A stretch of 32,000 nt of DNA from Phycisphaera mikurensis NBRC 102666. GTDB taxonomy: Bacteria; Planctomycetota; Phycisphaerae; Phycisphaerales; Phycisphaeraceae. The notes beneath the pieces were generated by a model, which did no database searches, was not told the origin of the DNA, and worked only from the letters and a program-made list of their open reading frames with translations. The stretch spans positions 1,860,001 through 1,892,000 of the forward strand of contig NC_017080.1 in the NCBI RefSeq assembly GCF_000284115.1. The letters are read 5' to 3'. Of this stretch, positions 24,680-31,340 are shown one piece after another (the first letter of the stretch is position 1; each line of letters opens with the position of its first letter). Both the position numbers and the translations under genes were made by a program.

Positions 24680-25060
24680 CCCTTTCGCAGGCAGCCGGTC
24701 GAAAATTTGCACGGTTCGTGCGCGGTGGCTTGCCGCCACCGGCGTCACCCGCTAGGTTCTCCCGGCGTGCTCCGCCAGAGCCCGCGAATCTCAAGAAGGC
24801 TGCGCTGCCCCCGCCGGGCCGCGGCCCGAGCAAGTCTCCGCCTACCGGGTCCCCGCACGACGGTGCGGGTGATCTCGCGGGCTCTTTACGATCCGTCCGG
24901 CGCGGCACCTTCCCCCTGAGGTGATCGCGCCCCGCCGCGGAAGCCGCCGATGATCCCCGAGCCTCCCCCGCCCGCTCCCGCCTCCGGCGCCGAGAAGAAC
25001 CGCGCCGCCACGCGAGACTTCCGGCAGGAGAAGGCGGTCCCGCTCTCCCGACGCCGACGC

Positions 25061-26305
25061 ATGCGCTACCACCCGCCCACCCGCTGGCTCAAGCAGGCCC
25101 TCGAGCTGCTCCGCCTGCCGACCGTCTCCTTCCACGAGCAGAACGTGATGCTGTGGGTGTGGCGGTACGCCCACAACCGGGGCATGCCGGTGAGCGTCGA
25201 CGCCGTCGGCAACCTGCGGGTGGACTACGTGCCGGAGGACGCGGACGACGACGCCCGGCCGATCGTGTTCACGGCGCACACCGACCACGTCGGGCTCTGG
25301 GCGGTGGAGATGCAGAACGGCGTCGCCGCCGACGACGGCCGCGCCGTGCTGCGGGCGCACTGGATGGGCCGCTTCCCCTCGGAGCTGATGGTCGGCCAGG
25401 ACGTGCTCTTCTGGACCGGCGGCAAGCCGCTGGGCGAGGTCGAGCCGGAGCTGGTGCCCTCAGGAGCCCGAGGCATGGCCGATCTGAAGGTCGGCGGGCG
25501 GAAGGTCCGCGGGACCATCCAGCGGATCCTCGGCTTCAACGAGGAGGGCGACGTCACCGGCGTCGACGTCGCGGTGGACGAAGCCGTCGAGCCCGGGTCG
25601 GTGGGCATGTGGGACCTGCCCGACCCCGAGCAGGCGGACGGGAAGCTCTTCGCCCGCGCCATCGACGACGTCGCCGGGGTCGCGGCGCTGGTCGCCCTGC
25701 TCGACGACCTCCGCCGCGACGGCGCGGCCCGGCCGGTGAGCTGCTTGTTCACGCGGGCCGAGGAGGGCGGCTTCTTCGGGGCGATCCACCACTGCAAGCA
25801 GCGCTACGCCGACGCGACCGAAGACGAGGCCGAGATCCTCATCACGATCGAGGCCAGCAAGCAGCTCGCCGACGCCCCCGTCGGCGGCGGCCCGATCGTC
25901 CGCGTCGGCGACAAGCACGCCGTCTTCCACCCCGAGCTCACCGCCTGGGCCGCCGCCTGCGCTGAGCGGCTCGAGGCCGAGCACGAGGACTTCCAGTACC
26001 GCCGCCGCCTGATGGACGGCGGCACCTGCGAAAGCAGCGTCTTCCAGGCGTGGACGGGGAAAGCTGGAGCGCTCTGCGTCGCCCTGGGCAACTACCACAA
26101 CCACGACGCCGCGAACAACGGCGTGGCCTCGGAGTTCATCGACGTCGCCGACTTCGGCAACCTGATCCGCCTGATGCGGGCGATGGTCGACGAGCCGACC
26201 GGCGCCGAAGCCGCCGGCGGCTTCGGCGCCTTCCGCGGCTGGTGCGAGGAGTGGGAAGCCAAGCACGCTCACCTGTATTCCGAACCGGCGGGAGTGGCCC
26301 CGTAG
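25061..26305 (+). CDS. clan MH metallopeptidase, M42 (FrvX/glutamyl aminopeptidase)-like
   Basis: Motifs in order: FTAHTDHVG, IDDVAGVAALVALL, FTRAEEGGFFGA, MDGGTCES, GNYHNHD. ATG 25061 preferred. The track start 24950 would add a Pro/Ala-rich 37-aa extension. Confidence 0.75.
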   Translation: MRYHPPTRWLKQALELLRLPTVSFHEQNVMLWVWRYAHNRGMPVSVDAVGNLRVDYVPEDADDDARPIVFTAHTDHVGLWAVEMQNGVAADDGRAVLRAHWMGRFPSELMVGQDVLFWTGGKPLGEVEPELVPSGARGMADLKVGGRKVRGTIQRILGFNEEGDVTGVDVAVDEAVEPGSVGMWDLPDPEQADGKLFARAIDDVAGVAALVALLDDLRRDGAARPVSCLFTRAEEGGFFGAIHHCKQRYADATEDEAEILITIEASKQLADAPVGGGPIVRVGDKHAVFHPELTAWAAACAERLEAEHEDFQYRRRLMDGGTCESSVFQAWTGKAGALCVALGNYHNHDAANNGVASEFIDVADFGNLIRLMRAMVDEPTGAEAAGGFGAFRGWCEEWEAKHAHLYSEPAGVAP

Positions 26306-26416
26306 GGCAGGTCGGCGACCTGCCATGGAGGCCGAAGGCCTCCAGCGTCGAGCACCCGATTGAACAAGCATCGCTGCCGCCTGCGGCGGCATGGCAGGTC
26401 GCCGACCTGCCCTACG
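26301..26416. repeat. perfect 27-bp inverted repeat enclosing a four-hairpin intergenic structure
   Basis: CGTAGGGCAGGTCGGCGACCTGCCATG (26301-26327) is the exact reverse complement of 26390-26416. Each arm is itself a hairpin: GGCAGGTC-GGC-GACCTGCC (26306-26324) and GGCAGGTC-GCC-GACCTGCC (26393-26411). Between them lie GGAGGCC-GAA-GGCCTCC (26327-26343) and TGCCGCC-TGC-GGCGGCA (26375-26391). The ORF track independently shows MAGRRPALRGH on both strands. Confidence 0.9.
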
Positions 26417-26427
26417 AGGACATCGCC

Positions 26428-27537
26428 ATGACCCGCTCCCTGCTGACTCTTTCTCTTTTTTTGTCCCTCGCCTGCGGCGCTGCCGCCCAAGGCACCCTCG
26501 TCATCGTCGGCGGCGGCCTGAAGCCCGAGAACGAGGCCGTGTACCGGGCCGTGCTCGACCGCATGCCGGCCGATGGGCGGCTCGGCGTGCTGCCCACCGC
26601 CTCGGGTGTCCCCGAGGAGAGCGGGCCGCTGACGGTGCAGGACTTCGAGCAGTACGCCGGTCCGGAGCAGAGGATCGAGCTGATCGATCTGCGCAACGGC
26701 GAGGTCGACAAGGCGAACGACCCAGCCTGGGCCGCGCGGATCAAGGCCTGCGACGCGCTGTGGTTCACCGGCGGCGACCAGGCGCGGATCGTCTCGACCT
26801 TCCGGGTGGAGCCCGTCGGCGACGCGAATCCGGAACTGGAGGACGGCCCGGACTCGCTGGCCTACGCGGCGGTGAAGGGCGTGTTGGAGAAGCGTGGCGT
26901 CGTCGCCGGCACCTCGGCCGGCGCCGCAATGATGAGCGACCCGATGATCCTCTGGGGCAACTCGCACGAGGCGCTGCTGGTGGGCGTGGTGAACGACGTG
27001 CCGGACTTCGGGGTGGGACTGGGGCGGGGGATGGGGCTGCTGCCGGGCGTAATCGTCGATCAGCATTTCTTCGAGCGGAAGCGCCTTGGAAGATTGCTCG
27101 TGGCCGGCGCCACGAGCGGCGAGCGCATGCTGTTTGGCATCGCCGAGAACACGGCACTGGTGCTGGATTTTCAGAGCCCTGACTCTGTCGAGGTGGTCGG
27201 CGAGGGGCAGGTGATGGTCGCGGAAATCACTCAGATCCACGCATACGCGGATGGGCGAAAGCGGCCCGGTGCGTTTCTGCTGACCTGCATCCCCAGCGGG
27301 CTCACGCTCCGCGACGGCAAGGAACCTCCGGATGCGATGAGACGCCCTGATGCCGAGGAGGTCAATGACTGGATGAGCGGAGCGCCGCGGGCGTACGAGG
27401 GGCCGCCCGCGTTCCGGGTCGAGCCCGAGCCAACGACGCAGAGGAGCGGCTGGGGCGGGTTCCGGATCGTCCCCCAAGACGAGGCTCGAACTGCGTTCAC
27501 GGAAGCCTCGGAGCAACTCGAGGCGGCTCGCGAGTGA
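26428..27537 (+). CDS. secreted cyanophycinase-like peptidase (family S51)
   Basis: Signal peptide MTRSLLTLSLFLSLACGAAAQG. Motifs TLVIVGGG, VLPTAS, LWFTGGDQARI, AGTSAGAAMMS (nucleophile Ser), IVDQHFFERKRLGRLL, GIAENTALV. Roughly 90-aa C-terminal extension. ATG 26428 chosen. The earlier part of track ORF 26050.. is rejected. Confidence 0.8.
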   Translation: MTRSLLTLSLFLSLACGAAAQGTLVIVGGGLKPENEAVYRAVLDRMPADGRLGVLPTASGVPEESGPLTVQDFEQYAGPEQRIELIDLRNGEVDKANDPAWAARIKACDALWFTGGDQARIVSTFRVEPVGDANPELEDGPDSLAYAAVKGVLEKRGVVAGTSAGAAMMSDPMILWGNSHEALLVGVVNDVPDFGVGLGRGMGLLPGVIVDQHFFERKRLGRLLVAGATSGERMLFGIAENTALVLDFQSPDSVEVVGEGQVMVAEITQIHAYADGRKRPGAFLLTCIPSGLTLRDGKEPPDAMRRPDAEEVNDWMSGAPRAYEGPPAFRVEPEPTTQRSGWGGFRIVPQDEARTAFTEASEQLEAARE

Positions 27538-27576
27538 ACCCGCGGACCCCGAGCGTCTCGGCCCGATTCTCTCGGC

Positions 27577-27593
27577 GATCCGCGGGATCTGCC
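27577..27593. promoter_or_regulatory. palindromic operator-like site, copy 1 (GATCC-GCG-GGATC TGCC)
   Basis: GATCCGCGGGATCTGCC. It has a near-identical second copy 67 bp downstream. Both lie in the 191-bp gap upstream of the yfcC-like gene. Confidence 0.4.
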
Positions 27594-27643
27594 TCTCCTA
27601 CGTCGAACGTCCGGGTCCGTGGCATCCGGCTTGCCTGATGGGA

Positions 27644-27660
27644 GATCCGCAGGATCTGCC
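27644..27660. promoter_or_regulatory. palindromic operator-like site, copy 2 (GATCC-GCA-GGATC TGCC)
   Basis: GATCCGCAGGATCTGCC, a 16/17 match to copy 1. It ends 5 nt before a -35-like TTGACC (27666-27671). Confidence 0.4.
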
Positions 27661-27728
27661 CGTTGTTGACCTCAGTCCGCAGACACATCAGGGAAGACTG
27701 ATGCCACGGGACACCGGAAACCCACCGC

Positions 27729-29324
27729 ATGACCGACACCTCCGAATCTTCCGGCTTCCAGATGCCGCCGGCGCTGCTGATCGTCGCCTCGATCGTGGTG
27801 CTCGCGGCGCTCGCCACGCTCGTGCTCCCGCGCGGGAGCTTCGAGCGGCAGGAGCAGACCTTCGGCAACCTCGTCGAGCACGTCGTCGCGGCCGGCGACA
27901 CCCGTGAGAGCGTCGCGGCTTCCTTCGGCGTGCCGGTCGGGAACGTCCGCGGCGAGGGGCCGCTGGTCGCCGGCGAGACGATCCGCGTGGCGGAAGCCGG
28001 CGGGCTCACCCGCGAGGCGGTCGTGCCCGGCAGCTACCCCGCCGAGGGCTCCACCGACCGCGGGCCGCTGCTGGAGGAAGCCGAAACGGCGCTGGGCAAC
28101 GCGGCGCTCGCCCCGGTCGCCGGTTTCCAGGACAAGGCCGACATCATCGCCTTCGTGCTGCTGCTCGGCGGAGCCTTCGGGATCATGCTCGCCACCGGTG
28201 CGCTCGATCGGCTGCTCGCCTGGGCGGTGCTGTCGGTGGGGCAGGGCTGGGGCCGCTGGCTGGTGGTGCCGATCTCGATGACGCTGTTCTCGCTGGGCGG
28301 GGCGGTCTTCGGCATGGGCGAGAGCACGATCGCCTTCGTGCTCATCACCGTGCCGCTGGCCCTGCGCCTGGGCTTCGACACCGTCACCGGCGTGTGCATG
28401 TGCTACCTCGCCAGCCAGGTCGGCTTCGGCGGGGCCTTCTTCAACCCCTTCACCGTGGGCATCGCCCAGGCCATCGCCGAGGTGCCGTACCTCTCCGGCA
28501 ACGGCGTTCGCTACGTCGTCTGGACGCTGGCGACGGCGACGGCCATCGCCTTCGTCAGCTGGCACGCCGTGCGGGTGAGCCGCGACCCGCGCCTCTCGCC
28601 GACCTTCGCCCTCGACGAGGCGAGCCGGAAGAAGCTCGCCGCGGACGACGACGGTTCCGAGGCGAAACCGCCCTCGGTCCGCGACTTCGGCGTGCTGGCC
28701 TGCGTCTTCGGCAGCGTCGGGCTCACCGCCTACGGCGTGCAGGCACTCGGCTGGTGGATCCCCGAGATGGCCGCGTGCTTCGTCGTGCTCGGCGTCGTCG
28801 CCGGGTCGATCGCCGGCAGTTCGCCGCGGGCGATCGTGGAGGAGTTCGTCGAGGGGGCGAAGCTCATGGTCGAGCCGTGCCTGATCATCGCCGTGTCGGC
28901 GGGCATCGTCTTCGTGCTGCAGGAGGGCCGCGTGCTCGACACGATCCTCTACGCGCTCGCCCAGCCGCTGCAGGCGATGGGCCCGGGGCTGGCGGCCATC
29001 GGCATGATGGGCATGCAGGGGGGCCTGAACTTCTTCGTGCCCTCGGGCAGCGGGCAGGCGGCGATGACGATGCCCATCGTCGCCCCGCTCTGCGACCTGG
29101 TCGGCATGGACCGCCAGGTCGGCGTGCTCGCCTTCCAGTTCGGCGACGGCTTCGGCAACCTGATCATCCCCACATCCGCCGTGCTCATGGGCGTCCTGGG
29201 CGTCGCCCGCGTCGACTGGGGGGCGTGGCTGAAGTGGGTCTGGCCGCTGGTCCTCGCCCTGCACGTCCTGGGCGCCGTCGTTTTGGTCGTCGTCACGTAC
29301 GGACCCGAGGCGTGGCTGCGGTGA
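27729..29324 (+). CDS. YfcC-family (DcuC-like / putative basic amino acid or peptide) transporter
   Basis: 531 aa, colinear with E. coli YfcC as I recall it. Motifs: LLLGGAFGIM, FSLGGAVFGMGEST, NPFTVGIAQ, NFFVPSGSGQAAMTMPIVAPLCDLVG, VLAFQFGDGFGNLIIPTS. Confidence 0.9.
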   Translation: MTDTSESSGFQMPPALLIVASIVVLAALATLVLPRGSFERQEQTFGNLVEHVVAAGDTRESVAASFGVPVGNVRGEGPLVAGETIRVAEAGGLTREAVVPGSYPAEGSTDRGPLLEEAETALGNAALAPVAGFQDKADIIAFVLLLGGAFGIMLATGALDRLLAWAVLSVGQGWGRWLVVPISMTLFSLGGAVFGMGESTIAFVLITVPLALRLGFDTVTGVCMCYLASQVGFGGAFFNPFTVGIAQAIAEVPYLSGNGVRYVVWTLATATAIAFVSWHAVRVSRDPRLSPTFALDEASRKKLAADDDGSEAKPPSVRDFGVLACVFGSVGLTAYGVQALGWWIPEMAACFVVLGVVAGSIAGSSPRAIVEEFVEGAKLMVEPCLIIAVSAGIVFVLQEGRVLDTILYALAQPLQAMGPGLAAIGMMGMQGGLNFFVPSGSGQAAMTMPIVAPLCDLVGMDRQVGVLAFQFGDGFGNLIIPTSAVLMGVLGVARVDWGAWLKWVWPLVLALHVLGAVVLVVVTYGPEAWLR

Positions 29325-29330
29325 GGGTGC

Positions 29331-29345
29331 ATCCGCGGCGCGGAT
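29331..29345 (+). terminator. short hairpin directly after the transporter stop
   Basis: ATCCGC-GGC-GCGGAT, 7 nt after the TGA. No U-tract. Confidence 0.3.
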
Positions 29346-29503
29346 CAAGCGAAGAAGCGGAGAAGTGGGGAAGCGAAGAAGCCAGACGCATGCGATATCG
29401 CTGCGCTCGGCGAGCTCCTTGCGCTGGTCGGCGGAGCCGACGCGCTGCCTGACTTCTTCGCTTCTTCGCTTCTTCGCTTCCCCGCTTGGTCGCCGAAGGC
29501 GAC
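29346..29503. repeat. composite palindromic intergenic element, copy 2
   Basis: Left arm CAAGCGAAGAAGCGGAGAAGTGGGGAAGCGAAGAAGCC (29346-29383). Right arm CTTCTTCGCTTCTTCGCTTCTTCGCTTCCCCGCTTGG (29453-29489). 29367-29381 is the exact reverse complement of 29469-29483. Internal hairpin GTCGG-CGGAG-CCGAC (29428-29442). Terminal hairpin GTCGCC-GAA-GGCGAC (29489-29503), 5 nt from the M14 stop. Confidence 0.85.
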
Positions 29504-29508
29504 GCCCC

Positions 29509-31035
29509 TCATTCTGCCATCACCCGCAGCACGGGCGACAGGCGGTCGTCGCCGATCATCGCCCGCCACCGCGGCCACTGCGAGAGGCCGTAGAGCTGGC
29601 GGGGTTCGAGGACGGCGACCGCGCGGCGGCGGGTGAGGGGGTCGGGCAGGGCGGCGAGGTCGACGAGAAGGGAGCCGACGTCCAGCGTGACCTCCGCGGC
29701 GGGGATGCCTGCGACGACCTGGCGGCCGCCGTAGCGGTCGTGGACCGGGTCGTACGCCTCCTCCACGCGGACGAGCTCCGTGGCCTCGGCGCTGACGCTC
29801 CGCGGCTCCTCCAGCCGCTCGAAGGGCACCGCGTGGGCGGCGAGCAGGTCGGCCCAGGCCTCGGCGTGCGCGGCGGGGACGGCGTAGCCGGCGGGCTTCG
29901 TCGCCTGGCCCTTGATGACGCGCTCGGTCGCGAATCGCAGCGCCGGGACGCGGACCGTCTCCCCGCTGGCGAGGTCGACGACCGGGTAGGGCACCGCGCC
30001 GGGCTCGGTCCGCGCCCAGAGGGCGTTGGTCACGATCGTCTCGCCGAGGGGCTCGGCGTGCAGGCGGGCGAGGGTGGCCCGCGTTTCCTCCAGCCGCTCG
30101 GTGTCGGTGACGAAGCGATCGAGCAGGACGCGGTACGCGGCCACCCGCTCGGGCAGGTCGGCCTGGGGGTCCCCGGCGGACCGCTTCACGCCGCTCTCGA
30201 TGATGAATCCGAGGCCTCCGAAGAACGACAGGCCGTTGCGGGCGTCGTCGGCGTCGAGCGTGCTCGGGCGGATCTCGTTCTCCGGCGGCGGGCCGCCCAC
30301 GAGGTAGCGCTGGTAGGCGAAGCCCGCCTCGGCCATGGGCTCCACGGCCGCCTCCACCCAGCCGAGGCCGAGCTCCAGGACGCCCCCGGGAAGCAGCGGG
30401 CTGTTCGCGCCGTCCAACATGATCAGCGGCCACTCGCCCCAGCCGCGGTCGGCGTAGGAGCCGCTGTCGCGGGTGAACTCGTGGCAGTCGACGACGACCG
30501 TCGGCCGCACGCGGGCGGCGTACGCGTGCAGCGCCCGCGTCTCGGGCTGGGAGAGCAGCGCGTGGTCGCGGTTGAGGTCGAAGCCGGCCGCGTTCCGGCG
30601 CCGGTCCGCGTCGACGCCGTCGGGGTTGGCCATCGGGATCGCGTGCAGCTCGACGCCGGGCGGCAGCAGCAGGTCGCCGGCGGCGAGGTCGCCGAGCAGG
30701 TTGAGGATCGCCTCCTTGCCGGCGTGCTCGTCGCCGTGCTGGGCCCCGACGAGAAGCACGCGGTGGCGGACCGCCATCCGGGCCCGCGGGATCGCGACGA
30801 CGGCGCGGATCGGGATTCCTTCCACCGACTCGCCGATCGTCTCGACCGCGAAGCCCGGCACGCCCGCGAAGGTCGCCAGCCGCTCCTCCATCGCGGCGGA
30901 GGTCGTGACGCGGCCCTCGGCTCGGGCGGTGGCGGCCGGGGCCGCTGCCCAAGCGATGAGCAGGAAGGACCCGAGGGCGGCGAGAATGCCGCGCCGTTGC
31001 GCAGCGGGGCTTCGGAGGGCGGGGCGAGCGAGCAT
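29509..31035 (-). CDS. M14-family zinc carboxypeptidase, secreted
   Basis: 508 aa. Signal peptide ILAALGSFLLIAWAAAPAATARA. Motifs GAQHGDEHAG (HxxE zinc site), MANPDG, FDLNRD, VVVDCHEF. Confidence 0.85.
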   Translation of the reverse strand: MLARPALRSPAAQRRGILAALGSFLLIAWAAAPAATARAEGRVTTSAAMEERLATFAGVPGFAVETIGESVEGIPIRAVVAIPRARMAVRHRVLLVGAQHGDEHAGKEAILNLLGDLAAGDLLLPPGVELHAIPMANPDGVDADRRRNAAGFDLNRDHALLSQPETRALHAYAARVRPTVVVDCHEFTRDSGSYADRGWGEWPLIMLDGANSPLLPGGVLELGLGWVEAAVEPMAEAGFAYQRYLVGGPPPENEIRPSTLDADDARNGLSFFGGLGFIIESGVKRSAGDPQADLPERVAAYRVLLDRFVTDTERLEETRATLARLHAEPLGETIVTNALWARTEPGAVPYPVVDLASGETVRVPALRFATERVIKGQATKPAGYAVPAAHAEAWADLLAAHAVPFERLEEPRSVSAEATELVRVEEAYDPVHDRYGGRQVVAGIPAAEVTLDVGSLLVDLAALPDPLTRRRAVAVLEPRQLYGLSQWPRWRAMIGDDRLSPVLRVMAE

Positions 31036-31240
31036 CCGGGGAAGCTAGCGATGCCGGCGCAGGCGGGTTCTCCCTCTTTCGGCTTGGAGTGGCAAGCCGA
31101 TTGCAGTAGACTCACCACGCACAAGACGCCGCCGCCGGCCGTCCCGCCCCACCCCGGTCGGGCGAAGCCGGCACGGGCAGCCCTCTCCGATGCGGGAGGA
31201 GCTGGCCCGCGGCTGATGGAACCCTCCGCCCGAACCCGAG

Positions 31241-31270
31241 TCGGCCGCGACGCCCAGGCGTCGCGGCCGA
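31241..31270. promoter_or_regulatory. 30-nt near-perfect palindrome (14-bp arms) upstream of the DUF1559 gene
   Basis: TCGGCCGCGACGCC-CA-GGCGTCGCGGCCGA, 70 nt upstream of ATG 31341. It is either a leader RNA hairpin or a dimeric protein-binding site. Confidence 0.45.
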
Positions 31271-31340
31271 TCGAACCGGGAAGCCCCGCCCGCTCGCCGC
31301 GGGTTCCGTCCGTTTCCGCCTGCCCCAAACCCCGCCCGCC

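Noticed and set aside
24452-24919. ORFs of 70-98 aa inside the 600-bp gap (24452..24748 -, 24522..24755 +, 24707..24919 +) as small proteins
   Set aside because: Their composition is Arg/Pro/Gly/Ser-rich, with no codon-position GC pattern, no SD and no recognisable motif. The region is better explained as promoter and leader.
27050-27730. GC dip at the 3' end of the cyanophycinase-like gene and the following spacer, as a recombination or island boundary
   Set aside because: Hand counts of several 60-nt lines give roughly 57-68% GC. This is only a modest drop and is expected for a gene end plus a regulatory spacer. There are no flanking direct repeats, tRNA or integrase.
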